Of a DNA stretch of 64,000 bases, positions 9,082 to 18,504 are shown piece after piece. Made by a program: the position numbers and the translations under genes. How positions within the stretch are numbered: position 1 is the first letter of the stretch; every line of letters starts with the position of its first letter. Source of the stretch: an uncultured Polynucleobacter sp. (GTDB lineage: Bacteria; Pseudomonadota; Gammaproteobacteria; Burkholderiales; Burkholderiaceae); NCBI GenBank assembly GCA_964343915.1, contig CAYFKY010000001.1:6219-70218 (forward strand). The letters are read 5' to 3'. The notes below the pieces were generated by a model. The model worked only from the letters and a program-made list of their open reading frames with translations, searched no databases and was not told where the DNA came from.

Positions 9082-9169
9082 GCCCGAGTGACGAAATAGG
9101 TAGACGTAAGGGATTTAAAATCCCTCGGCTTAAACAGCCGTGCCGGTTCGATTCCGGCCTCGGGCACCA
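9082..9169 (+). tRNA. tRNA-Leu (anticodon UAA)
   Basis: GCCCGAG/CTCGGGC acceptor stem, AGGGA-TTTAAAA-TCCCT anticodon arm, long variable arm, GGTTCGATTCC T-arm and encoded CCA. Confidence 0.97.
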
Positions 9170-9172
9170 AAT

Positions 9173-9203
9173 AAAAAAAGACCAAGTTGCCTTGGTCTTT
9201 TTT
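9173..9203. terminator. Bidirectional intrinsic terminator between tRNA-Leu and dctM
   Basis: A7-GACCAAG-TTGC-CTTGGTC-T6. Confidence 0.85.
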
Positions 9204-9226
9204 CTTTTTCAGCGGTTCTCTAGAGC

Positions 9227-11110
9227 TTAACCACCACCATAGAGGAACTTAGGCAACCATAATGTCATGCCTGGCCAGATATACATGATCACCATACAAA
9301 TAATCACGATGAACATATAAGGCATCATGCCTGCAAAAATTTGATTCAGTGTCACATGTGGAGGTGATACACCTTTCAAATAGAAGGCTGACATCGCTAC
9401 AGGAGGTGACAAGAATGCTGCCTGTAAGTTCACAAACACCAAAGTGCCCCAAAGAATTGGGTCAATATTGAAGTGTGCTAGCAACGGCAAGAAGATTGGC
9501 ACAAAAATCACAATGATTTCCGTCCACTCAAGTGGCCAGCCAAGCACGAAAATAATTGCTTGAGAGAGCAGCATGAACTGAAGTGGTGTTAAGTTCATGC
9601 CAAGCACCCATTGCTCAATGATTTGCTGACCACCAAGGATCGCAAACACTGCTGAGAAAAGGGCAGAGCCCACAAACAACCAGCAAACCATGGAAGTTGT
9701 TTTAGCCGTTAAGAATACGGCTTGTTTGGTACGCTCAAAATCGAGCGTGCCAGCCTGCAATGCCAAAATGAAGGCACCTGCAGCACCTACCGCAGCAGAT
9801 TCTGTGGCAGTTGTAATGCCGAGCAAAATCACTGCTAACACAACCAAGGTCAAAATACCCAAAGGCATCACTGACTCAATTAAAAGCTTCAAAATTTCAA
9901 ATTGCTCATCATCGAGTCTGATGTAGTAGTAAATCATCATGAGTGCAGTTAGGATGCAACCCAAGGCGAAATACAACTCAAAGTTTTCTGGTGGTCCAGA
10001 TGCCGCTTCTGGAGCAGGCTCATCATTGCTGACCCCTGGTGCTGCATCAATCGAAACTAGGCCGCCATCTTTGTCATTGGATGCGGAAGATGATTTTGGA
10101 GCCTCACCAAGCGCATCAATACTAATCAAAACTTCCTCATTTGGATTGGCAGCTTGAGCTGCAGCTGCATCTTGTGATGACACAATGGTGATGCCCTTTA
10201 GGTCATCGGCTTGATTTTGTTGATGAATAACAACGTACCACCAGATTCCCCAGACTGACACTAAAGTCAGCACAAGTGGGAAGATGGCAGCTGCACAGTT
10301 TTTCAAAATCTTGCCATACGTCATGCGCGCATCTTCTGCGGCGTTCATCCAGGCTTTAGGTGCAAATACCGCCTTGATGCTTGCCACGAACATATTCTTA
10401 GAATAGTTGTCGCGTAAAAATGCCAAAGGTTTCGGAATTGGTACAACCAAGCTTTCTGGAGGTAATTTTGGTGCAATCTTAGGGTCAATGATGGCCCAAC
10501 CAATCACGTATACCAAGTACAAGAATGCCAAGAAGAAACCAGGCAGCATTGCTGCTGCGTATAGCTTAACCACTGACTGACCTGCAACTGCAGCATAGAC
10601 GATGATCATGACTGAAGGTGGAATCAAAATACCTAATGTGCCACCAGCAGTGATCACGCCGGCTGCCAAGCGAGTGTCATAACCAGCATTCAGCATTGGT
10701 CTCATGGCAATCACGCCCATAAGAACAACAACTGCGCCCACTAGACCACTGGCAATACCCCAGAAGGTACAAATCACGAGTGTGGCAACAGCCAATGAAC
10801 CTGGTAAGCGTCTAAACGCTAATTGCACGGCATTGAACATCTTGTCGACCAGTGCGCCACGTTCCATCACATAACCCATCAGAACAAACAGTGGGATGGA
10901 TAGAAGTGTGTCATTGGTCATACCGCCATAGGTTCTTTGAACCATTAAAGTAAAGACCTTGTTAGCTGTCCAAGATTGGCTTGGATCATAAAAGGCTGCA
11001 AAGCCAAACATCATGCCAAGACCCATTAGCGTAAACGCTGTAGGGAAGCCCAGCATGATCACAACAACGATGAGGCCCAACATAATTAGGCCGTAGATTG
11101 GATCTCCCAT
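9227..11110 (-). CDS. dctM: TRAP transporter large permease with a long internal insertion
   Basis: 'GTLGILIPPS', 'TATESAAVGA' and 'FLSPPVA'. 627 aa. Confidence 0.92.
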   Translation of the reverse strand: MGDPIYGLIMLGLIVVVIMLGFPTAFTLMGLGMMFGFAAFYDPSQSWTANKVFTLMVQRTYGGMTNDTLLSIPLFVLMGYVMERGALVDKMFNAVQLAFRRLPGSLAVATLVICTFWGIASGLVGAVVVLMGVIAMRPMLNAGYDTRLAAGVITAGGTLGILIPPSVMIIVYAAVAGQSVVKLYAAAMLPGFFLAFLYLVYVIGWAIIDPKIAPKLPPESLVVPIPKPLAFLRDNYSKNMFVASIKAVFAPKAWMNAAEDARMTYGKILKNCAAAIFPLVLTLVSVWGIWWYVVIHQQNQADDLKGITIVSSQDAAAAQAANPNEEVLISIDALGEAPKSSSASNDKDGGLVSIDAAPGVSNDEPAPEAASGPPENFELYFALGCILTALMMIYYYIRLDDEQFEILKLLIESVMPLGILTLVVLAVILLGITTATESAAVGAAGAFILALQAGTLDFERTKQAVFLTAKTTSMVCWLFVGSALFSAVFAILGGQQIIEQWVLGMNLTPLQFMLLSQAIIFVLGWPLEWTEIIVIFVPIFLPLLAHFNIDPILWGTLVFVNLQAAFLSPPVAMSAFYLKGVSPPHVTLNQIFAGMMPYMFIVIICMVIMYIWPGMTLWLPKFLYGGG

Positions 11111-11769
11111 TAGTGGTCTCCTTTATTGCCGATTCGATTGTGTGCTGCCTCATCGATCGACTTGGCTTTTTCAATAGCCATTTTTTTGGCTTCTTCGTCC
11201 ACGTAGGTGGATGCTGATAATTGCTGTTCAACCACATCAATTTCTTCAGCATCTTTTAAACGCTCTGGCCATTCACCTGTTTTTAGGCAATAAACGCAGC
11301 GAATCATTTCAATCACACCTTGTAACAGAACAAATGCGCCAGCTAGAGGAATGATTGATTTGAAGTGATAGACGGGTGGGCCGTTAGCAATTTGAGTCGT
11401 GTGCTCGCCAATGCGCCATGAATCTTCTGCAAATGTGTAGCCTGCATAAACGAGTGCCACAATACCTGGTAAGAAAAAGGTCACATAAAGTACTAAATCA
11501 AAGAAAGCCTGAGTTCTAGGTTTCATTGAGCCGTACAAAAAGTCACCGCGAACATGGGCATTTTGTGCCAATGTGTAGGCGCCAGCTAGCATGAATAAAG
11601 CTCCATAACTCATAACAGAGAGCTCGCCAATCCAAGCGGATGGGGCGCTTAGGGCGTAACGTCTAAATACGTCTACGCACACCATGAGCATTAGCAAAAT
11701 GATGAGCCAGGCAACCGCCTTACCCACATAAGTGCTAATCTCATCAACGATTAACATTAGTTTTTTCAT
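11110..11769 (-). CDS. dctQ: TRAP transporter small permease
   Basis: Four TM segments and 'HVRGD'. Lies between dctP and dctM. Confidence 0.9.
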   Translation of the reverse strand: MKKLMLIVDEISTYVGKAVAWLIILLMLMVCVDVFRRYALSAPSAWIGELSVMSYGALFMLAGAYTLAQNAHVRGDFLYGSMKPRTQAFFDLVLYVTFFLPGIVALVYAGYTFAEDSWRIGEHTTQIANGPPVYHFKSIIPLAGAFVLLQGVIEMIRCVYCLKTGEWPERLKDAEEIDVVEQQLSASTYVDEEAKKMAIEKAKSIDEAAHNRIGNKGDH

Positions 11770-11794
11770 ATCAAACTTTGAGAGTTTTAAAAGG

Positions 11795-11829
11795 AAAAAA
11801 TGATTCGGATGCTGCCATCCGAATCATTT
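11795..11829 (-). terminator. Stem-loop/terminator between dctP and dctQ
   Basis: AAATGATTCGGATG-N4-CATCCGAATCATTT with a T-tail on the minus strand. Confidence 0.75.
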
Positions 11830-11849
11830 GATTGATCACAACACGTCTC

Positions 11850-12974
11850 TTAGGCTTTTTTGCCAGAGAAGTAATGGTCGTAAGCCATCTTGTAGTCAAC
11901 GCTGGTGAAGTTCTGCCAGCGACCTGCACGTTGTGCAAACACTTTTTGTGACTCTAGAACTTTTTTGAACATTGGGTTTTCTGATGATTTAGCCGCAATG
12001 ATCTTGTCCCAAGCTTTCAATTGAGCCTGCAAAATTGACTTAGGTGTTTGATAGAACTTCACCTTGTCTTTTGTTTGTAGTTCAACGAAGTCTTTTGAGT
12101 AACGATCGATTGCCTTCCAAGACATATCTGCAGATGCAGCTTGCGTTGCGTTAGCAATGATTGACTTTAGTTCAGCAGGTAGAGAGTTATATTTTTTCTT
12201 ATTGAAAATAACCTCAAATTGCTCAGAACATTGATGGAAACTTTGCAACATACAGATCTTGGAAACGTCAGGGAAGCCTAAAGTTCTATCTGATGAGGCA
12301 TTGTTAAATTCAGCGGCATCTAGAACGCCACGATCAAGAGCTGGAACAATGTCAGCGCCTGGAAGAGCTTGAACAGATGCACCCATGTCGTTGAAGATCT
12401 CAATTGATAGACCTACAGTTCTGTACTTCAAACCTTTGAAGTCTTCTACTTTGGTCATTGGCTTTTTGAACCAGCCCAAAGGTTGAGTTGGCATTGGGCC
12501 ATACAAGAATGATTGAACATCCATCTTCAAGCCTGAGTAAACCTCATCAAGCAATTGTTTGCCGCCGCCGTATTCGTGCCATGCCAATAGCATGTTTGGA
12601 TCCATACCAAATGAAGGGCCAGATCCCCATAGTGCTAGAGCACTACTCTTACCGTACCAGTAGGCCACAACACCGTGACCACCATCTAATGTGCCGCTTG
12701 ATACAGCATCCAATAGGTCGAAAGCTTTAACGACTGAGCCAGCTGGAAGAACTTCAATTTTGAGGCGACCGCCAGACATTGAGTTAACTTTATTGGCGTA
12801 ATCCAATGCGTACTCATGGAAAATATCTTTTGCAGGCCATGTTGATTGAAAGCGCATATTAACTGTTTGCGCATTCGAAATCATTGGGAAGCCCATTGCT
12901 GCTGCACCAGCACCAGCAACTGCAGTGCCTTTCAGAAATTTACGGCGTGTTTTTGGTTGGTTTTGCTCTGACAT
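11850..12974 (-). CDS. dctP: TRAP substrate-binding protein (TakP/2-keto-acid-type subfamily, Tat signal)
   Basis: Twin-arginine 'TRRKFLK', 'GGRLKIEVLPAG', 'GLKYR' and 'LDRGVLDAAEF'. Confidence 0.92.
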   Translation of the reverse strand: MSEQNQPKTRRKFLKGTAVAGAGAAAMGFPMISNAQTVNMRFQSTWPAKDIFHEYALDYANKVNSMSGGRLKIEVLPAGSVVKAFDLLDAVSSGTLDGGHGVVAYWYGKSSALALWGSGPSFGMDPNMLLAWHEYGGGKQLLDEVYSGLKMDVQSFLYGPMPTQPLGWFKKPMTKVEDFKGLKYRTVGLSIEIFNDMGASVQALPGADIVPALDRGVLDAAEFNNASSDRTLGFPDVSKICMLQSFHQCSEQFEVIFNKKKYNSLPAELKSIIANATQAASADMSWKAIDRYSKDFVELQTKDKVKFYQTPKSILQAQLKAWDKIIAAKSSENPMFKKVLESQKVFAQRAGRWQNFTSVDYKMAYDHYFSGKKA

Positions 12975-13104
12975 AACGTCTCCTCTTTTTTGTACAAAAA
13001 ATTAATTTTTGGTATTTATGTTGCAGAATTAGTATATGAGCTTAGTTTTTGAGCGCACCTAGGTGATTCCCTAATAAATGTATACAATTTTTTAAATCTA
13101 AATA

Positions 13105-13677
13105 ATGAGAAAAATACCAATTAAATACAAATACTTAGCGTGTCTTTGCTTGGTGGTTTTAGTCTTCAATCCCTTCATTAATGCTCAATCTGAGCCACAA
13201 CCCGCAGAAATTCTAGGGATATATTTCACGCCACCCATTGGTGGGGCTGGCGGTATTGTGAAACAAATTGATGTTGCCAAGAAATCAATCAAAGTGATGG
13301 CTTATGGCTTTACATCCATTCATCTTGCAGAAGCTTTGGCAAGGGCTAAGAAGCGCGGGGTAGATATTGCTCTGATTCAAGATGAAAAAAGCGCTCAAAA
13401 CAATCGTGAGGCTGTGCAGAAGTTATTGGATGCAGGCATAGAGATTCGTAGTGATGGAAAGCACGCCATACAACACAATAAGGTCATGGTGATTGACCAA
13501 GAGATTGTGATCACTGGTAGCTATAACTTCACCAATTCAGCGGAAACCAGGAATGCTGAAAACATCATGATTGTTAAGTCTGAGTATGCTGCTAGACGTT
13601 ATTCCGATAATTGGAATAATCACTGGGAACATGCTGTCAAAGTGACAGAGTTGCCACCATCTCGCCAAAAACGTTAA
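13105..13677 (+). CDS. Phospholipase D family (Nuc-like) endonuclease, exported
   Basis: Single HKD motif 'HNKVMVID', plus 'TGSYNFT' and 'NAEN'. N-terminal signal peptide. Confidence 0.88.
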   Translation: MRKIPIKYKYLACLCLVVLVFNPFINAQSEPQPAEILGIYFTPPIGGAGGIVKQIDVAKKSIKVMAYGFTSIHLAEALARAKKRGVDIALIQDEKSAQNNREAVQKLLDAGIEIRSDGKHAIQHNKVMVIDQEIVITGSYNFTNSAETRNAENIMIVKSEYAARRYSDNWNNHWEHAVKVTELPPSRQKR

Positions 13678-13692
13678 TGCAATCGTCGTCCT

Positions 13693-13830
13693 ATGAAAAT
13701 GCGTAAAAAAGCAGATTTACCAAGCAAGATCTGCGTGACTTGTGGTCGACCTTTTGCTTGGCGCAAAAAATGGGAAAAAGTTTGGGCGGAGGTGAAGTAC
13801 TGCTCAGATCGCTGTCGAGCAGGAAAGTAA
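13693..13830 (+). CDS. DUF2256 family small protein (45 aa, below the ORF-track cutoff)
   Basis: Translates as [45 protein letters not shown], with CxxC...CxxxC. Confidence 0.9.
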   Translation: MKMRKKADLPSKICVTCGRPFAWRKKWEKVWAEVKYCSDRCRAGK

Positions 13831-13852
13831 TTAGACCCATACAATCTTGGCT

Positions 13853-14113
13853 ATGACAAAAGCCAAGATAGACCCAGCTGACATATCACGTATTGTTGAG
13901 ATGGCTTGGGAGGATCGCACGCCATTTGATGCCATTTTGCAAAGTTATGGCATCAATGAGTCTGCTGTGATTGATTTAATGCGCCAAGCGATGAAACCCA
14001 GTTCATTTAGGATGTGGCGCAAGAGGGTAACAGGGCGAGTTACTAAGCATTCAGCCTTGAGATCTCAAGAGGTGCAGCGGGCTTACTGTCCAACCCAATA
14101 CAAACCCAAATAA
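13853..14113 (+). CDS. TIGR03643/DUF2805 family protein
   Basis: 'RIVEMAWEDRTPFDAI' and 'SSFRMWRKRVTGR'. Confidence 0.9.
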   Translation: MTKAKIDPADISRIVEMAWEDRTPFDAILQSYGINESAVIDLMRQAMKPSSFRMWRKRVTGRVTKHSALRSQEVQRAYCPTQYKPK

Positions 14114-14125
14114 GCTTTCTGAAGC

Positions 14126-14542
14126 TTAGTTAGGTTCTGTTACAAAACCAATTTTGGTAAGACCAGATCGTTTGGCAGTGGCTAACACTTGTGCAACAGA
14201 TTCGTAGCGAACATTTTTATCTGCTCTTAGTTGCACTTCCGGTTGTGGATTCTTCTTCGCTGCTGTTTGAGCATATATCGATAAAGTATCTAGATCAATC
14301 GCCGACGTATTCCAGAAGATTTGACCTTTGGCAGAAATACTTAAATTGATCGATTCAGGTTTAACGTCGTTACGCTGGCTGCTAGCTTGTGGCAATTCAA
14401 CTTTCACGGCGTGCTGCATCACTGGAATAGTGATCATGAACACGATTAATAACACCAACATGACATCCACTAAAGGAGTCATGTTGATTTCAGCCATCGG
14501 CTGGCTATCGTCGTCACCAATAGGCTCATTACCAAATGCCAT
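14126..14542 (-). CDS. exbD: Biopolymer transport protein ExbD
   Basis: 'EINMTPLVDVMLVLLIVFMIT' and 'LRADK'. Confidence 0.93.
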   Translation of the reverse strand: MAFGNEPIGDDDSQPMAEINMTPLVDVMLVLLIVFMITIPVMQHAVKVELPQASSQRNDVKPESINLSISAKGQIFWNTSAIDLDTLSIYAQTAAKKNPQPEVQLRADKNVRYESVAQVLATAKRSGLTKIGFVTEPN

Positions 14543-14544
14543 GA

Positions 14545-15258
14545 TTAATCCTGATTAGCAGAGCGAGCAGTGTTTGAGTTACCAACACGTGCGCCAGTGA
14601 TAAAGAAAGCGTACAAATCATTGCCAAAACGATTTAGTTCAGCAATCAATACTTTGTTGGTGCGGCTGATGGCGTTGTACGCCAATACAGCTGGAATCGC
14701 TACTGCTAAGCCTAAAGCCGTCATGATCAAAGCTTCACCAATTGGACCTGCGACTTGATCAATTGTTGCGGTCCCTGATGTACCAATACCCACCAAAGCG
14801 TGATAGATACCCCAAACAGTACCAAACAAACCAATGAACGGTGCGGTAGCGCCTGTAGACGCCAAGAAGGTGAGACCTTGTTGTAAACCGCCGACTGATT
14901 TATCAATACTGACTTTTAGGCAACGCGTGAGCCAGTCTGATGGGTTGAGCGTTTGGTGTAACTCGCTGCGTGACCCAGCTTGTTGGTTGTGATGTTTCAT
15001 GGCTTCTTGCGCACTTTTAGCAAGATCGCAATAAGGGTTAAGTTCTTGAGTCATTTGACTCAGCGCCACTTCAAAAGAAGGAGCATGCCAAAAGCATTCA
15101 ATTTCCTTGGCAATTTTTTTAGTTTTATAGAGATTCAAAGCTTTGGTGATGATGATGACCCACGAGACGATCGACATCACTAATAAAAATAATGCCACTG
15201 TTCTGGTGACGGCGTCACCTTGTGTCCACATGTTAGCTAGACCAAACGTTTGATTCAT
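14545..15258 (-). CDS. exbB: MotA/TolQ/ExbB proton channel
   Basis: 'APFIGLFGTVWGI' and 'EALIMTALGLAVAIPA'. Confidence 0.93.
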   Translation of the reverse strand: MNQTFGLANMWTQGDAVTRTVALFLLVMSIVSWVIIITKALNLYKTKKIAKEIECFWHAPSFEVALSQMTQELNPYCDLAKSAQEAMKHHNQQAGSRSELHQTLNPSDWLTRCLKVSIDKSVGGLQQGLTFLASTGATAPFIGLFGTVWGIYHALVGIGTSGTATIDQVAGPIGEALIMTALGLAVAIPAVLAYNAISRTNKVLIAELNRFGNDLYAFFITGARVGNSNTARSANQD

Positions 15259-15261
15259 AAC

Positions 15262-15894
15262 TTATTCCAATCGGAAGATATAAGGTTGTATTGCGGTTAC
15301 TTTAATCGGTTTACCAAGTTCTAAAAATGGTCGGCAGCGAACTTTCATGCCGGCATCAAGAGCGGCTTGATCAAGGCGAGGTAAGCCGCTGCTTTGAGCG
15401 ATATTCACTTTCTGAACTGCGCCATCTTCACCAATGAATAAGCGCACGAGAATTTTACCTTCTTCACCCATGCGACGTGAGAGGCTAGGGTAGATCGGTT
15501 CTGGCACGCTGCATTGTGCTTGGCTTAGTGAAATGCTTTTTGGTTCGCCAGTGCTACTGCCACCGGTACTAGTTGGCTTGGCTGTTGATGAATCTTGTGT
15601 TTGCGAGCTAGTAAGGCTACTGGGAGCGCTGGTGGTGACGACTGGTTCAACGGTTTTCTTTTCAGGAGCCTTGGGTTTTTCAGGAACGGGTTGGCTGACT
15701 TTGGCTTTTTCTTTCTGTGGATTCGGGTCTAGTAATGATGCCGTCACCGTATCTCCCATATTGGCTCCAGTTTTGGGGCGGTCTGGGCTTAGTTGAATTC
15801 CAATAATCAAGAAAAAGTGCATCAGAACCACAAATGCAGTGATTCTGTTTTGCATGAACCAATCTTGAAGTTTAGAAAGAACTTGACTAGGCAC
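15262..15894 (-). CDS. tonB: Energy transducer TonB
   Basis: N-terminal TM with His, a P/K/S/T-rich linker and the C-terminal 'YPSLSRRMGEEG...SSG..RLDQAA'. Confidence 0.88.
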   Translation of the reverse strand: MPSQVLSKLQDWFMQNRITAFVVLMHFFLIIGIQLSPDRPKTGANMGDTVTASLLDPNPQKEKAKVSQPVPEKPKAPEKKTVEPVVTTSAPSSLTSSQTQDSSTAKPTSTGGSSTGEPKSISLSQAQCSVPEPIYPSLSRRMGEEGKILVRLFIGEDGAVQKVNIAQSSGLPRLDQAALDAGMKVRCRPFLELGKPIKVTAIQPYIFRLE

Positions 15895-15912
15895 GGTGTG
15901 AACGGTTGAAAG

Positions 15913-16716
15913 CTAAGATATAAAAACAGTCGATGTTTCGATGGAGTGTTGATCTAATGCTAGCGGTATTAATTGTTTAGCGTGTGCTAGTAATGCATCT
16001 GCATCGAGTGTTGAGTATAAGCGAATGGTTCTGGGTGGCGCAGACTGAAGTAAATGAAATTCTTCGAGTTTTCTGCCAAGTTGTTTAACCACAGCATCAC
16101 TGGTATCGATGATTTCTATTTTGGGCCCAAGAATTTTTCTAATCAAGGGAGCTAGAAAAGGGTAGTGGGTGCAACCTAAAACCAGTGTATCAATCTGAGC
16201 TTGTTGCAAGGGTGCCAAATGTTCACGTAAAAGTTGTTCTGTTTCTGGGCTATTGATGGCACCAGATTCAATCAGTGGCACCAAGCCTAATCCTGCTTGA
16301 GAAATAAATTCGCAATTACCTTCCAGGCTTTCTAGAAGAGCTTTGAACTTATCGCTTTTTAAGGTGTTTTGCGTGGCTAGAACACCCACTTTTTGATTTT
16401 GACTTTTAGTGACTGCTGGCTTGATGCCGGGCTCAACGCCAATGATTGGGATGGCAGGCATCTCATGGCGTATATGAGCAATTGCCTCAGCAGTTGCTGT
16501 GTTACACGCAACAACCAATGCTTGGCAGCCTTCGCGCACCAACCAGTGGCATAAATCTAAGCTACGGGTAGCCACCCAATCGCTGGATTTTTCGCCATAA
16601 GGTGCATTGGCAGAGTCAGCTAAGTAAATGTAGTGATGAGCAGGCGCTTGGCGTAGGGCCTCGTTGAGTACGGTGAGCCCACCTATACCAGAATCAAAAA
16701 CCCCAATGGTCGCCAA
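15913..16716 (-). CDS. murI: Glutamate racemase
   Basis: 'GVFDSGIGGL', 'ACNTA' and 'LGCTHYP'. TTG start. Confidence 0.96.
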   Translation of the reverse strand: MATIGVFDSGIGGLTVLNEALRQAPAHHYIYLADSANAPYGEKSSDWVATRSLDLCHWLVREGCQALVVACNTATAEAIAHIRHEMPAIPIIGVEPGIKPAVTKSQNQKVGVLATQNTLKSDKFKALLESLEGNCEFISQAGLGLVPLIESGAINSPETEQLLREHLAPLQQAQIDTLVLGCTHYPFLAPLIRKILGPKIEIIDTSDAVVKQLGRKLEEFHLLQSAPPRTIRLYSTLDADALLAHAKQLIPLALDQHSIETSTVFIS

Positions 16717-16749
16717 GCCTGTCCCTGTTTCTCTTAATTAAATTATTAA

Positions 16750-18270
16750 TTAAGCTTTAGTGACTGGAATTTTTCCAATTTTGGCCTGCCACTCTTGTGG
16801 TCCTGTGTTATGAACAGAAGTACCATTCGAGTCAACGGCCACAGTTACTGGCATGTCTTCAATCGTGAATTCATAAATGGCTTCCATGCCCAAATCAGCA
16901 AAACCAACCACTTTAGATTCTTTGATCGCTTTTGACACGAGATAAGCTGCGCCACCAACTGCCATGAGGTATGCAGATTTGTGTTTCTTGATGGCATCAA
17001 TCGCAACAGGGCCGCGTTCGGCTTTACCAACCATAGAGATAAGACCAGTTTGTGCCAACATCATTTCTGTGAACTTATCCATGCGAGTAGCAGTTGTTGG
17101 ACCAGCTGGACCAACCACTTCATCACGCACTGGATCAACAGGGCCAACGTAGTAGATCACACGATTCTTAAAGTCGACAGGTAGCTTTTCACCTTTGGCG
17201 AGCATGTCTGCAATGCGCTTGTGTGCGGCATCGCGACCAGTCAGCATCTTGCCGTTTAACAATAAAGTTTGACCAGGTTTCCAGCTAGCTACTTCTTCAG
17301 GCGTCAAAGTATCAAGATTGACGCGTGTTGATTTTTCAGTATTGGGAGCCCATGACACGGCTGGCCAATCAGATAAAGATGGTGGTGTTAATACGGCTGG
17401 ACCATCACCATGTAAATGGAAGTGAACGTGGCGAGTTGCAGCGCAGTTTGGAATCATGGCTACAGGCAAAGAGGCAGCGTGAGTTGGATAATCCATGATC
17501 TTCACGTCAAGTACTGTAGTAAGTCCGCCTAAGCCTTGTGCACCAATGCCAAGAGCATTTACTTTTTCCATGATCTCTAAGCGCAATTCTTCGATACGTG
17601 TTTTTGGTCCGCGAGCAATTAGCTCATGAATATCTACTGGCGCCATAAGAGATTCTTTGGCAAGCAACATGGCTTTTTCTGGTGTGCCGCCAATACCAAT
17701 ACCCAAGATGCCAGGAGGGCACCACCCAGCACCCATGGTTGGAACAGTCTTGATAACCCAATCCACAATTGAATCAGAAGGGTTGAGCATGTACATCTTG
17801 CTCTTGTTTTCAGAGCCGCCACCTTTGGCGGCACAGATCACTTCAACACCATCACCTTCAACAATCTCGTAATGCACCACCGCAGGTGTGTTGTCTTTAG
17901 AGTTGGTGCGCTTGCCTGCTGGATCTAGCAACACAGAAGCACGCAACTTGTTGTCTGGATGGTTGTAGGCGCGACGCACACCTTCATTCACCATCTCTTG
18001 CACGCTCATCTTGGCGTCCCATTTGACATTCATGCCAACTTTTAGGAATACCACTGCAATGCCTGTGTCTTGGCAAATCGGGCGTCTTCCTTCTGCGCAC
18101 ATGCGGCTATTAGTCAAAATTTGAGCAATCGCATCTTTTGCCGCTGGGCTTTCCTCACGCTCATAAGCTTTGCCTAAGGCAGTGATGTAGTCGAGTGGGT
18201 GATAGTAGGAAATATATTGAAAACCATCAGCAATACTTTGAATAAAGTCGTCTTGGCGAATTGTGCTCAT
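16750..18270 (-). CDS. Class I (Fe-S) fumarate hydratase
   Basis: 'PICQDTG', 'KGGGSENKS', 'GWCPP' and 'GPTTATRMD'. Confidence 0.95.
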   Translation of the reverse strand: MSTIRQDDFIQSIADGFQYISYYHPLDYITALGKAYEREESPAAKDAIAQILTNSRMCAEGRRPICQDTGIAVVFLKVGMNVKWDAKMSVQEMVNEGVRRAYNHPDNKLRASVLLDPAGKRTNSKDNTPAVVHYEIVEGDGVEVICAAKGGGSENKSKMYMLNPSDSIVDWVIKTVPTMGAGWCPPGILGIGIGGTPEKAMLLAKESLMAPVDIHELIARGPKTRIEELRLEIMEKVNALGIGAQGLGGLTTVLDVKIMDYPTHAASLPVAMIPNCAATRHVHFHLHGDGPAVLTPPSLSDWPAVSWAPNTEKSTRVNLDTLTPEEVASWKPGQTLLLNGKMLTGRDAAHKRIADMLAKGEKLPVDFKNRVIYYVGPVDPVRDEVVGPAGPTTATRMDKFTEMMLAQTGLISMVGKAERGPVAIDAIKKHKSAYLMAVGGAAYLVSKAIKESKVVGFADLGMEAIYEFTIEDMPVTVAVDSNGTSVHNTGPQEWQAKIGKIPVTKA

Positions 18271-18394
18271 AATTTTGTGAATTAATAGTCAAAAAGAAAG
18301 TTATTTTACCTAGGGAAAGTTGCCATATACAGGTTTTGTTTAGGCCTTTAGTCTAAGTATCAAGAGAAATGGATTGGTTTAAATGTATGAGCCC

Positions 18395-18408
18395 TAGGGG
18401 TAACCCTG
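18395..18408. promoter_or_regulatory. Palindromic TAGGG-N4-CCCT box upstream of acs
   Basis: TAGGGGTAACCCTG. Related boxes at 13060, 27716/27728 and 61591. Confidence 0.4.
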
Positions 18409-18504
18409 ATATGAGCTCAATATATAAGAATTGTCAGTCAACTGTCAGTCCTGAGACCTAATCTCGAGTTTTGTCTAAAACAGCCTAGAAAGTAGGAGAA
18501 AAGT

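Noticed and set aside
9082..9230. Prophage or island at tRNA-Leu
   Set aside because: The tRNA is followed directly by a terminator and a core-like TRAP operon.
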